DNA of 64,000 nucleotides from Opitutales bacterium (GTDB lineage Bacteria > Verrucomicrobiota > Verrucomicrobiia > Opitutales > UBA2987), in NCBI GenBank assembly GCA_965226885.1, contig CBDDEL010000013.1, positions 288,001-352,000 of the forward strand. The letters run 5' to 3'. Numbering within the stretch: the stretch's first letter is position 1; the number at the start of each line of letters is the position of its first letter. Below the pieces are notes generated by a model. It was given only the letters and a program-made list of their open reading frames with translations, made no database searches and was not told the DNA's origin. Shown here piece by piece: positions 10,595 through 22,101 of the stretch. The translations under genes were made by a program, and so were the position numbers.

Positions 10595-12160
10595 CCCGGA
10601 TATTTCGTAAAAAAAGTATCGTTGATATGCTTAACTGCTGATATACAGCAGGATAGATCAATAATTAAAGCAATATCAGCGATGACAAAAGGTAAACAAT
10701 TAAAGCTACAGTTGACAAGGGTAAAAGGCCGCCGTGTGCGGGTTGATTTCAAGGGCGGAGAGGTTACTTCGGATGCCGGACTGCTTTTGATCCGGGAAGT
10801 GGATCGGCAGTTGGGCTTGACCGAACGAGCGGCCCGCCAGTTAGTGGACAAACGGCAGAAGGGCAAAGTACGCCATGAGGTATTGGGGATGCTGCGGCAG
10901 CGCGTTTACGGGCTGGTGGCGGGCTATGAGGATTTGAACGACTTTGATACCCTGCGCCACGATCCATTGTTGCAAACGGTAACGGGGCGCATTGAAACGT
11001 TGGCCAGCGCGCCGACTTTGTGTCGTTTTGAAAACGGGCAGGATCGGCGGGCGGCCTTTGCGGTAAACGAGCTGTTGGTCGAACAGTTCATGGGCTCTTT
11101 TGCCGAGGAACCCGAAGAGATCATCCTGGACTTTGACGCCACCGACAATCCGGTGCACGGGCTCCAGGAGGGACGTTTTTTCCACGGTTATTATGATCAT
11201 TACTGTTTTCTGCCGCTATATGTTTTTTGCGGTGATCAGCTGCTGGTGGCCTACCTGCGGCCGAGCAAGATCGATGCCAGCAAGCATGCCGGGGCCATCC
11301 TCAAATTGCTGGTTAAACGGATTCGCCAAAGCTGGCCCCGTACGCGGATTATTTGGCGCGCCGACAGTGGATTTTGTCGAGACCGGATACTCTCTTGGTG
11401 TGACCGCAACGAAGTTAGTTACATCGTGGGGATGGCTCGCAATGCACGCTTGCAGCAAGACGCCCAGCAGTTGCAAAAGCAGGCCAAAGAATGGTTCGAA
11501 CTAAGGGGTAAAAAACAACGGTTATTCCAGGACTTCGTCTATGCTGCCGATTCGTGGCGATGGCTGCGGTTGGTCATCCATAAAGCCGAACACACCGCAC
11601 AGGGGTCCAACCCGCGCTTCGTGGTGACGAACCTGCCGGGCGATCCCCAGGAGCTTTACGACAAGGTATACTGTGGCCGCGGTGAAATGGAGAACCGAAT
11701 CAAGGAACAGATGCAATTGTTCAGCGAGCGCACCAGCGCCCATCAATGGTGGGCCAATCAGTGGCGATTGCTCTTGTCGGCGCTGGCCTACACCTTGATG
11801 GAAGCCATGCGCCGGTTAGCCTTAAAAGGGACGAAGTGGGCGCGGGCCCAATGCCACACCTGCGGCTCAAATTAATCAAGATCGGAGCGGTCATCGTGCG
11901 CAACACCCGAACGATTCACTTTCACCTAAGTGAGAGTTATCCTTGGGCCAGTCTTTTCAACCATGCGGCCCGCCGATTGGTGCCAACCTAAAGGGTGCAT
12001 TGGTGCTGCCCCCGGCACTACCGAACCAATGGGGGAAAGGGGGCAGTGTCTCTACACCCTGAAAAACACCTAAAAATCAAGACGATCTGCTCAAAATACA
12101 AAGAAATCCATCTCCAATAGCAATAACGAGCCAAACTTTACCCTTCATGAAATATCCGGG
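10595..12160 (+). mobile_element. IS1380-family element, copy 2 (tandem; transposase 10682-11991 frameshifted)
   Basis: Same TIRs; flanks TTAG / CTAA; 1-nt deletion at ~11860. Confidence 0.95.
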
Positions 12161-12333
12161 CTAAAGGGTGCATTGGTGCTGCCCCCGGCACTACCGAACC
12201 AATGGGGGAAAGGGGGCAGTGTCTCTACACCCTGAAAAACACCTAGAAATCAAGACGATCTGCTCAAAATACAAAGAAATCCATCTCCAATAGCAATAAC
12301 GAGCCAAACTTTACCCTTCATGAAATATCCGGG
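12161..12333 (+). repeat. Extra copy of the IS1380 3' non-coding end (173 bp)
   Basis: CTAAAGGGTG...ATATCCGGG repeats 11988-12160 with one substitution. Confidence 0.9.
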
Positions 12334-13815
12334 CTAGGCCGCCGCTTTGGTTTTTAGTTCGTCTTGCTGGGCCAGCATCTTGGCTACTTTCCATAGGTTG
12401 TGCGAGAGTACCGACCAGGCTACGCTGATCGAGCGGTTGGCAAAGCCTTTGCTGCGCAACCGCCCGGCCTGCCAGCGATTCTTCAATACCCCGATCCGCC
12501 CTTCGGTGCTGGCCCGGCGCTTTTGCAATTGTCTGAACAGTGGTTCCTCCATCCGTTTTTTCAACTGCTTCGGATCGCGTGGACAGAGCGCGTCGTAGAT
12601 TCCCTCCTGGGCTAACTGCCGGCGGGCCCGCTGGGAGGCAAATCCCCGGTCCGCGCACATGGCCGCTATGGGTTCTTCCAGGTTGAAGCGGTTCTGTCTT
12701 TGCAAACTCTCTAGCATTTGTTCATTTTCGCTTGGAGTTCGGCTGCCGTAGAGTTTCCAGTCCAGCAGGTACCCTTCAACGCTTTCTCCCAAAAACAGGG
12801 TGTTGCCGAACTCGACCTCTTGGCCCGCTTTACCTCGCACAATCACCTGCCCATCGAGTTCGTAAACACTCAAGACTTTCTCTGCGTTTTTCACCTGGCG
12901 GCCGCCAATGATCCGCTCGTGCGCCTGTTTGATGACCACCGGGATTTGCTCGCTCATGCGCTCCATCCGGGCGAGGATCTGTTGGACCTGTTTTTCGCTG
13001 TAATCGCTTTGCTCCCAGCAGGCTTGCAATAATTCCCGGTGACTGCGGGCATGCTCCCCGATCCGTTTGAGCAGCTTTTTCATCTGCCTCAAGATACCCT
13101 TGCGCTGCCGCGCGCTGTCCTTTCGCCGCCGGCTGTGGGTCATCTGTATGCACAGCCGATTCATCTGCCGAGCCAAGGGCTCCGGTTCGATCGGCATGCG
13201 ATGGCGCACACCGGCCTTCTCGCGGATCAGCCGGATCGCTTTGAGCAACGTGCCGGCTACATCCTTGAGTAATACCCAGTCCGTCGGCCAATGAATGTTA
13301 GCCTCCAAACAGGTGCCGTCGATCAGGCAAATGGTGGTGTCAATCGGCTTGTCCAATCCCACCTGCCGGGCCAGAAGGGCATCGCCCACCACCTCAGTCA
13401 AGGTCCGGTGCAAGGCCCTCAACTGCTCTTCGCTGAAAAACTTCGAGGCCCGCTCCAGGGTGCTTTTGGAGATGCCCCTGATGCCATCGATCTGCCGGAC
13501 ACGGCAAAAGTCGGCCAACAGATCGCTGCTGCCCAGAGCCCGCGACAAATGCCGAAACGAAATCCCTCCGAGCAGACGGCCCAGCGTATCCATGCGCAGT
13601 GCCTTGATGGCAAAACTGGCCCGCTGCCGCCGGGCCTTTAGACCCATTGGCGGCCACCCCTCCAAGGCCAGCTCAATGGCCTGCGATTCCACCTCCGAGT
13701 CGATCAGCAGCCGATCGATTCGATCAATGGTGGCGCGGAAGTTATCGTAATCGAGGCACCGGTCGACCACAGTTAAAGCTGGACGCAGGAGGCATTGGAT
13801 GGCTATATTTTTCAT
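12334..13815 (-). CDS. DDE transposase (IS5/ISNCY-like), intact
   Basis: 493 aa, near-identical to 5560-7041. Confidence 0.9.
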   Translation of the reverse strand: MKNIAIQCLLRPALTVVDRCLDYDNFRATIDRIDRLLIDSEVESQAIELALEGWPPMGLKARRQRASFAIKALRMDTLGRLLGGISFRHLSRALGSSDLLADFCRVRQIDGIRGISKSTLERASKFFSEEQLRALHRTLTEVVGDALLARQVGLDKPIDTTICLIDGTCLEANIHWPTDWVLLKDVAGTLLKAIRLIREKAGVRHRMPIEPEPLARQMNRLCIQMTHSRRRKDSARQRKGILRQMKKLLKRIGEHARSHRELLQACWEQSDYSEKQVQQILARMERMSEQIPVVIKQAHERIIGGRQVKNAEKVLSVYELDGQVIVRGKAGQEVEFGNTLFLGESVEGYLLDWKLYGSRTPSENEQMLESLQRQNRFNLEEPIAAMCADRGFASQRARRQLAQEGIYDALCPRDPKQLKKRMEEPLFRQLQKRRASTEGRIGVLKNRWQAGRLRSKGFANRSISVAWSVLSHNLWKVAKMLAQQDELKTKAAA

Positions 13816-13955
13816 AGAAAGGGCTATATTGATTTTCGCTAACTCAATTATAGAACCCTTTTTTGGCCGGATCGAGCAAAAACTTGCTCTTTCCGGCTCT
13901 TTTTATCAACGTCATCCAGTTGACTATAAAATCTTTATATTTTTGGGACAGCCTC

Positions 13956-14199
13956 CACCTACAGCGACTTTTGGAGCACTTATGATGAAGTCTTTCCTCA
14001 TAACCGATCCGTGGGAAAAGAAACCGGTGAAACGGCCCATGTGGAACGATGGAACAATACCCTGCGCCAACGACTGGGTCGTTTCACACGCAAAACCCTC
14101 TCCTTTTCCAAGCTTAAGAGTATGCATGAAACCTGTCTGAGACTTTTCATTCATCAATATAATCAAGAATTAGCCACCATTCCTACTTAATACACTACC
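13956..14199 (+). mobile_element. IS1-A 3' fragment
   Basis: CACCTACAGCGAC...TACACTACC, identical to the insB 3' end and right TIR. Confidence 0.9.
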
Positions 14200-14286
14200 C
14201 CGGAATCATGGGTTCTCTGGGGATATTCGTATGCACCCTGACCCTGAAAATGACGCTCATGGTCATCTTCGGAGCATTCGGGCTAG

Positions 14287-15420
14287 CCCGGATATTTCAT
14301 GAAGGGTAAAGTTTGGCTCGTTATTGCTATTGGAGATGGATTTCTTTGTATTTTGAGCAGATCGTCTTTATTTTGAGCAGATCGTCTTGATTTTTAGGTG
14401 TTTTTCAGGGTGTAGAGACACTGCCCCCTTTCCCCCATTGGTTCGGTAGTGCCGGGGGCAGCACCAATGCACCCTTTAGGTTGGCACCAATCGGCGGGCC
14501 GCATGGTTGAAAAGACTGGCCCAAGGATAACTCTCACTTAGGTGAAAGTGAATCGTTCGGGTGTTGCGCACGATGACCGCTCCGATCTTGATTAATTTGA
14601 GCCGCAGGGTGTGGCATTGGGCCCGCGCCCACTTCGTCCCTTTTAAGGCTAACCGGCGCATGGCTTCCATCAAGGTGTAGGCCAGCGCCGACAAGAGCAA
14701 TCGGCACTGATTGGCCCACCATTGATGGGCGCTGGTGCGCTCGCTGAACAATTGCATCTGTTCCTTGATTCGGTTCTCCATTTCACCGCGGCCACAGTAT
14801 ACCTTGTCGTAAAGCTCCTGGGGATCGCCCGGCAGGTTCGTCACCACGAAGCGCGGGTTGGACCCCTGTGCGGTGTGTTCGGCTTTATGGATGACCAACC
14901 GCAGCCATCGCCACGAATCGGCAGCATAGACGAAGTCCTGGAATAACCGTTGTTTTTTACCCCTTAGTTCGAACCATTCTTTGGCCTGCTTTTGCAACTG
15001 CTGGGCGTCTTGCTGCAAGCGTGCATTGCGAGCCATCCCCACGATGTAACTAACTTCGTTGCGGTCGCACCAAGAGAGTATCCGGTCTCGACAAAATCCA
15101 CTGTCGGCGCGCCAAATAATCCGCGTACGGGGCCAGCTTTGGCGAATCCGTTTAACCAGCAATTTGAGGATGGCCCCGGCATGCTTGCTGGCATCGATCT
15201 TGCTCGGCCGCAGGTAGGCCACCAGCAGCTGATCACCGCAAAAAACATATAGCGGCAGAAAACAGTAATGATCATAATAACCGTGGAAAAAACGTCCCTC
15301 CTGGAGCCCGTGCACCGGATTGTCGGTGGCGTCAAAGTCCAGGATGATCTCTTCGGGTTCCTCGGCAAAGGAGCCCATGAACTGTTCGACCAACAGCTCG
15401 TTTACCGCAAAGGCCGCCCG
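14287..15420 (-). mobile_element. IS1380 3' portion fused to IS5-like 5' portion
   Basis: Right TIR at 14287 after CTAG; sequence switches to the IS5-like element at 15421. Confidence 0.9.
14349..14388. repeat. 20-bp tandem duplication in IS1380 3' end
   Basis: TATTTTGAGCAGATCGTCTT x2; single in all other copies. Confidence 0.9.
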
Positions 15421-16261
15421 CTGTCCTTTCGCCGCCGGCTGTGGGTCATCTGTATGCACAGCCGATTCATCTGCCGAGCCAAGGGCTCCGGTTCGATCGG
15501 CATGCGATGGCGCAAACCGGCCTTCTCGCGGATCAGCCGGATCGCTTTGAGCAACGTGCCGGCTACATCCTTGAGTAATACCCAGTCCGTCGGCCAATGA
15601 ATGTTAGCCTCCAAACAGGTGCCGTCGATCAGGCAAATGGTGGTGTCAATCGGCTTGTCCAATCCCACCTGCCGGGCCAGAAGGGCATCGCCCACCACCT
15701 CAGTCAAGGTCCGGTGCAAGGCCCTCAACTGCTCTTCGCTGAAAAACTTCGAGGCCCGCTCCAGGGTGCTTTTGGAGATGCCCCTGATGCCATCGATCTG
15801 CCGGACACGGCAAAAGTCGGCCAACAGATCGCTGCTGCCCAGAGCCCGCGACAAATGCCGAAACGAAATCCCTCCGAGCAGACGGCCCAGCGTATCCATG
15901 CGCAGTGCCTTGATGGCAAAACTGGCCCGCTGCCGCCGGGCCTTTAGACCCATTGGCGGCCACCCCTCCAAGGCCAGCTCAATGGCCTGCGATTCCACCT
16001 CCGAGTCGATCAGCAGCCGATCGATTCGATCAATGGTGGCGCGGAAGTTATCGTAATCGAGGCACCGGTCGACCACAGTTAAAGCTGGACGCAGGAGGCA
16101 TTGGATGGCTATATTTTTCATAGAAAGGGCTATATTGATTTTCGCTAACTCAATTATAGAACCCTTTTTTGGCCGGATCGAGCAAAAACTTGCTCTTTCC
16201 GGCTCTTTTTATCAACGTCATCCAGTTGACTATAAAATCTTTATATTTTTGGGACAGCCTC
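15421..16261 (-). mobile_element. IS5/ISNCY-like 5' portion (truncated transposase 16121-15402)
   Basis: Left TIR at 16261; first ~234 codons of the transposase. Confidence 0.9.
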
Positions 16262-16505
16262 CACCTACAGCGACTTTTGGAGCACTTATGATGAAGTCTT
16301 TCCTCATAACCGATCCGTGGGAAAAGAAACCGGTGAAACGGCCCATGTGGAACGATGGAACAATACCCTGCGCCAACGACTGGGTCGTTTCACACGCAAA
16401 ACCCTCTCCTTTTCCAAGCTTAAGAGTATGCATGAAACCTGTCTGAGACTTTTCATTCATCAATATAATCAAGAATTAGCCACCATTCCTACTTAATACA
16501 CTACT
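16262..16505 (+). mobile_element. IS1-A 3' fragment (duplicate)
   Basis: Repeat of 13956-14199. Confidence 0.9.
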
Positions 16506-16592
16506 CCGGAATCATGGGTTCTCTGGGGATATTCGTATGCACCCTGACCCTGAAAATGACGCTCATGGTCATCTTCGGAGCATTCGGGCTAG

Positions 16593-18159
16593 CCCGGATA
16601 TTTCATGAAGGGTAAAGTTTGGCTCGTTATTGCTATTGGAGATGGATTTCTTTGTATTTTGAGCAGATCGTCTTGATTTTTAGGTGTTTTTCAGGGTGTA
16701 GAGACACTGCCCCCTTTCCCCCATTGGTTCGGTAGTGCCGGGGGCAGCACCAATGCACCCTTTAGGTTGGCACCAATCGGCGGGGCGCATGGTTGAAAAG
16801 ACTGGCCCAAGGATAACTCTCACTTAGGTGAAAGTGAATCGTTCGGGTGTTGCGCACGATGACCGCTCCGATCTTGATTAATTTGAGCCGCAGGGTGTGG
16901 CATTGGGCCCGCGCCCACTTCGTCCCTTTTAAGGCTAACCGGCGCATGGCTTCCATCAAGGTGTAGGCCAGCGCCGACAAGAGCAATCGCCACTGATTGG
17001 CCCACCATTGATGGGCGCTGGTGCGCTCGCTGAACAATTGCATCTGTTCCTTGATTCGGTTCTCCATTTCACCGCGGCCACAGTATACCTTGTCGTAAAG
17101 CTCCTGGGGATCGCCCGGCAGGTTCGTCACCACGAAGCGCGGGTTGGACCCCTGTGCGGTGTGTTCGGCTTTATGGATGACCAACCGCAGCCATCGCCAC
17201 GAATCGGCAGCATAGACGAAGTCCTGGAATAACCGTTGTTTTTTACCCCTTAGTTCGAACCATTCTTTGGCCTGCTTTTGCAACTGCTGGGCGTCTTGCT
17301 GCAAGCGTGCATTGCGAGCCATCCCCACGATGTAACTAACTTCGTTGCGGTCGCACCAAGAGAGTATCCGGTCTCGACAAAATCCACTGTCGGCGCGCCA
17401 AATAATCCGCGTACGGGGCCAGCTTTGGCGAATCCGTTTAACCAGCAATTTGAGGATGGCCCCGGCATGCTTGCTGGCATCGATCTTGCTCGGCCGCAGG
17501 TAGGCCACCAGCAGCTGATCACCGCAAAAAACATATAGCGGCAGAAAACAGTAATGATCATAATAACCGTGGAAAAAACGTCCCTCCTGGAGCCCGTGCA
17601 CCGGATTGTCGGTGGCGTCAAAGTCCAGGATGATCTCTTCGGGTTCCTCGGCAAAGGAGCCCATGAACTGTTCGACCAACAGCTCGTTTACCGCAAAGGC
17701 CGCCCGCCGATCCTGCCCGTTTTCAAAACGACACAAAGTCGGCGCGCTGGCCAACGTTTCAATGCGCCCCGTTACCGTTTGCAACAATGGATCGTGGCGC
17801 AGGGTATCAAAGTCGTTCAAATCCTCATAGCCCGCCACCAGCCCGTAAACGCGCTGCCGCAGCATCCCCAATACCTCATGGCGTACTTTGCCCTTCTGCC
17901 GTTTGTCCACTAACTGTCGGGCCGCTCGTTCGGTCAAGCCCAACTGCCGATCCACTTCCCGGATCAAAAGCAGTCCGGCATCCGAAGTAACCTCTCCGCC
18001 CTTGAAATCAACCCGCACACGGCGGCCTTTTACCCTTGTCAACTGTAGCTTTAATTGTTTACCTTTTGTCATCGCTGATATTGCTTTAATTATTGATCTA
18101 TCCTGCTGTATATCAGCAGTTAAGCATATCAACGATACTTTTTTTACGAAATATCCGGG
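16593..18159 (-). mobile_element. IS1380-family element, complete
   Basis: Both TIRs present; CTAG on both sides (16589-16592, 18160-18163). Confidence 0.95.
16762..18072 (-). CDS. IS1380-family transposase
   Basis: TSDAGLLL, GYEDLND, LDFDATD, RADSGF, RGEMENRIKE motifs; probable ATG MTKGKQ. Confidence 0.95.
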   Translation of the reverse strand: MTKGKQLKLQLTRVKGRRVRVDFKGGEVTSDAGLLLIREVDRQLGLTERAARQLVDKRQKGKVRHEVLGMLRQRVYGLVAGYEDLNDFDTLRHDPLLQTVTGRIETLASAPTLCRFENGQDRRAAFAVNELLVEQFMGSFAEEPEEIILDFDATDNPVHGLQEGRFFHGYYDHYCFLPLYVFCGDQLLVAYLRPSKIDASKHAGAILKLLVKRIRQSWPRTRIIWRADSGFCRDRILSWCDRNEVSYIVGMARNARLQQDAQQLQKQAKEWFELRGKKQRLFQDFVYAADSWRWLRLVIHKAEHTAQGSNPRFVVTNLPGDPQELYDKVYCGRGEMENRIKEQMQLFSERTSAHQWWANQWRLLLSALAYTLMEAMRRLALKGTKWARAQCHTLRLKLIKIGAVIVRNTRTIHFHLSESYPWASLFNHAPRRLVPT

Positions 18160-20367
18160 CTAGGTTGGCACCAATCGGCGGGCCGCATGGTTGAAAAGAC
18201 TGGCCCAAGGATAACTCTCACTTAGGTGAAAGTGAATCGTTCGGGTGTTGCGCACGATGACCGCTCCGATCTTGATTAATTTGAGCCGCAGGGTGTGGCA
18301 TTGGGCCCGCGCCCACTTCGTCCCTTTTAAGGCTAACCGGCGCATGGCTTCCATCAAGGTGTAGGCCAGCGCCGACAAGAGCAATCGCCACTGATTGGCC
18401 CACCATTGATGGGCGCTGGTGCGCTCGCTGAACAATTGCATCTGTTCCTTGATTCGGTTCTCCATTTCACCGCGGCCACAGTATACCTTGTCGTAAAGCT
18501 CCTGGGGATCGCCCGGCAGGTTCGTCACCAGGTAGTGTATAAAAAAAGAATGTTATTTTGTATTTTTAGCTGTACAAATAGCGTTAGGCAGTTTATTCTT
18601 AGTGCATGGTTACTAAAATTATTAATTGTCGGCACTGTGGAAGTGAAAATATCATTAAATTTGGCAAGACGCCCAACCATAAACAGCGCTACCGCTGCCA
18701 TGATTGTGGTAAACAAAGCCGCGAAAACCCCACAGTAAAATACACCGAAGAGCAAAAAGAAATGATCCTTCGAGTCTATCAGGAACGCAGCAGTCTACGC
18801 GGTTTACAGCGCGCCTTCGGGGTGAGTCCCAACACCGTTTTGAGTTGGTTAAAAAAAACGACAATCGCTGCGACCGCTCAAAAGCACGATTCTTGCGGCC
18901 CGCCGCCATGATGTCATTGAACTGGACGAACTGTGGTCTTTTGTGGGGCGCAAGAGCGATGCCCAATGGGTTTGGATCGCTCTTTGCCGACGCACCCGTC
19001 AAATCCTCTCCTATGCCATTGGGCCTCGGGATTGGTATCGTTGCCGGGAACTTTACGAGCGTCTGCCACGGGCCTACAAAAGATGTGCCACCTACAGCGA
19101 CTTTTGGAGCACTTATGATGAAGTCTTTCCTCATAACCGATCCGTGGGAAAAGAAACCGGTGAAACGGCCCATGTGGAACGATGGAACAATACCCTGCGC
19201 CAACGACTGGGTCGTTTCACACGCAAAACCCTCTCCTTTTCCAAGCTTAAGAGTATGCATGAAACCTGTCTGAGACTTTTCATTCATCAATATAATCAAG
19301 AATTAGCCACCATTCCTACTTAATACACTACCCGTCACCACGAAGCGCGGGTTGGACCCCTGTGCGGTGTGTTCGGCTTTATGGATGACCAACCGCAGCC
19401 ATCGCCACGAATCGGCAGCATAGACGAAGTCCTGGAATAACCGTTGTTTTTTACCCCTTAGTTCGAACCATTCTTTGGCCTGCTTTTGCAACTGCTGGGC
19501 GTCTTGCTGCAAGCGTGCATTGCGAGCCATCCCCACGATGTAACTAACTTCGTTGCGGTCGCACCAAGAGAGTATCCGGTCTCGACAAAATCCACTGTCG
19601 GCGCGCCAAATAATCCGCGTACGGGGCCAGCTTTGGCGAATCCGTTTAACCAGCAATTTGAGGATGGCCCCGGCATGCTTGCTGGCATCGATCTTGCTCG
19701 GCCGCAGGTAGGCCACCAGCAGCTGATCACCGCAAAAAACATATAGCGGCAGAAAACAGTAATGATCATAATAACCGTGGAAAAAACGTCCCTCCTGGAG
19801 CCCGTGCACCGGATTGTCGGTGGCGTCAAAGTCCAGGATGATCTCTTCGGGTTCCTCGGCAAAGGAGCCCATGAACTGTTCGACCAACAGCTCGTTTACC
19901 GCAAAGGCCGCCCGCCGATCCTGCCCGTTTTCAAAACGACACAAAGTCGGCGCGCTGGCCAACGTTTCAATGCGCCCCGTTACCGTTTGCAACAATGGAT
20001 CGTGGCGCAGGGTATCAAAGTCGTTCAAATCCTCATAGCCCGCCACCAGCCCGTAAACGCGCTGCCGCAGCATCCCCAAGACCTCATGGCGTACTTTGCC
20101 CTTCTGCCGTTTGTCCACTAACTGTCGGGCCGCTCGTTCGGTCAAGCCCAACTGCCGATCCACTTCCCGGATCAAAAGCAGTCCGGCATCCGAAGTAACC
20201 TCTCCGCCCTTGAAATCAACCCGCACACGGCGGCCTTTTACCCTTGTCAACTGTAGCTTTAATTGTTTACCTTTTGTCATCGCTGATATTGCTTTAATTA
20301 TTGATCTATCCTGCTGTATATCAGCAGTTAAGCATATCAACGATACTTTTTTTACGAAATATCCGGG
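18160..20367 (-). mobile_element. IS1380 element lacking its 3' end, interrupted by IS1-A
   Basis: Left TIR at 20367 (flank TTAG in element orientation); ORF split at 18531-19332; abuts the next IS1380 exactly at its stop codon. Confidence 0.9.
18531..19332 (+). mobile_element. IS1-A, complete (insA 18606-18911; insB to 19323)
   Basis: TIRs; 8-bp TSD CGTCACCA. Confidence 0.95.
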
Positions 20368-20389
20368 CTAAATATTGAATTAATAAAAA

Positions 20390-20878
20390 ATGTCCGATCC
20401 CGAACCAATTGTTGTCCTGGAAACCAACCAGGGAGTCATTGAAATCCAACTGATGCCGGAGGTTGCGCCCAAGGCCTGTCAAAATTTAACGGAACACGTC
20501 CGCAATGGATATTACGACGGTTTGATTTTTCACCGGATAATTCCAAGATTCATGATCCAGGGTGGAGACCCAACCGGCACCGGCAGCGGTGGCCAATCCA
20601 TTTGGGGCGAAAGTTTTGAGGACGAATGCTCCAAAAATGTAAAGTTTAATGAAAAAGGAATTCTCGCCATGGCCAATTCCGGTCCCAACACCAATGGCAG
20701 TCAGTTTTTCATTACGACCGCAAAAACTCCCTGGCTCCACATGAACCACACCATCTTCGGGAAAGTAGTCGAAGGATATAAAACGATAAAAAAACTCGAA
20801 AGCATGCAAACCAGCAGTCAGGATCGGCCCATCGAGGAGCAAAAAATCATTCGCGCGTTCATAAAACAAATAGGGTAA
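20390..20878 (+). CDS. Cyclophilin-type peptidyl-prolyl cis-trans isomerase
   Basis: FHRIIPRFMIQGGDPTGTG, AMANSGPNTNGSQFFIT, HTIFGKV. Confidence 0.95.
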   Translation: MSDPEPIVVLETNQGVIEIQLMPEVAPKACQNLTEHVRNGYYDGLIFHRIIPRFMIQGGDPTGTGSGGQSIWGESFEDECSKNVKFNEKGILAMANSGPNTNGSQFFITTAKTPWLHMNHTIFGKVVEGYKTIKKLESMQTSSQDRPIEEQKIIRAFIKQIG

Positions 20879-21065
20879 AATTTCTAAATCCCGCTCAACC
20901 TGAACGAGCCGGCCTTACCATAGCCAAAACCTCGACTGCACTCGACAATGTATGGCATGGGTGGATGGCTGCAAAATCCAAAATGCGCCGTTCAACCCAA
21001 CAAACGATTTCCAATGGCGTCTTTAACTAATCTTTGATAAATTATTTTAAAACGATACAAATTCG

Positions 21066-21861
21066 GGTAGTGTTAACATGACGAATGTTTGATATTGCTG
21101 TTGTATTCCCAGATGAACAAGCACAGGACGCGAAAATGCATGACCAAAGACTTCGAGAATGACAGCGTTTTACGCACATAGCGTGACAGGGACTGTCGCA
21201 AGGTATTGTTCCAGCGTTCGATATGGGCGGTTTGGCCGGATTGTTTCCCGCTGGCGCTGTTGTGAGGGAAAACCTTGTCGTAGCTTTCCCAGTAATCGCT
21301 TACGGTGGCACAGTCGCGATAGGGCTGGGCGATGTTGTGATACAACTGCCAGCACGTTTGATCGCTACGATCACCCAGAGAAAACCCGACGACCTGTCGG
21401 GTACGTCGACACAAGGCTACCCATAGCCATACCTGCCCCGAACGCTTATCGCCCCAGAATGACCACACCTCGTCCAGTTCCAGCACATCACTACACTGGC
21501 GGGCAAGCAGAGTGGACTCCAGCTTCGGCAAACTCAGGACTTTTTTTTAATCCATTCGATGACCGTCTTTGGGGCTACCCCGAAGGTACGGTAAATGGCA
21601 CGCAGGCTCATCCGGTTTTGGTGCGCACGGAGCACCTGCTTGACCAGCGCCGGAGGATGCTCACGACTTTTGGGGTGAAGCCGAAACTGATAACCACACC
21701 CCTTGCATCGATACTTCTGAACCCCTTTCGGATCCTTGCCGTGCTTGATGATGTGATCGCTTCCGCATTGAGGACATTTTACTGTGATATGGACCATTCC
21801 CAGTTCACAACATAATCACGCTAAAAAGTACAGCTTAAACATTCAAAATGTTAACACTACC
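21066..21861 (-). mobile_element. IS1-B, complete (insA 21797-21534; insB to 21073)
   Basis: GGTAGTGTTAACA TIRs; 8-bp TSD CAAATTCG; A8G slippery site; open insB. Confidence 0.95.
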
Positions 21862-22101
21862 CAAATTCGGTTGCAAATTTCGTCTTTTTATTAAATATTG
21901 TTGGATTACTTAAGTTTGTTAAGTAATATATCTAATAAACCCAATTTTATACTTGTAAAATGATCGATTAGGGAACAAAAACCTAATTTATCATGAAATT
22001 TAATTTTCATTTTAAAAAGAAATCATAGGGCAAACTTCTCCCAATATACATAACTACAGGTAAATTAAAATTAGCAAAGAAACAATAACAACTGTTAGGT
22101 T

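Larger units (their letters stand above)
8822..13955 (-). mobile_element. IS5/ISNCY-like element split by an IS1380 array inserted at its transposase stop codon
   Basis: Right end 8822-9016 and body 12334-13955; CTAG duplicated at 9017-9020 and 12334-12337. Confidence 0.9.
13115..17706. repeat. ~2.3-kb tandem duplication (13115-15420 / 15421-17706)
   Basis: Unit = IS5-like 5' part + IS1-A 3' fragment + 83-bp unique spacer + IS1380 3' part; junction microhomology GCCGC(C/G)CGC. Confidence 0.85.
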
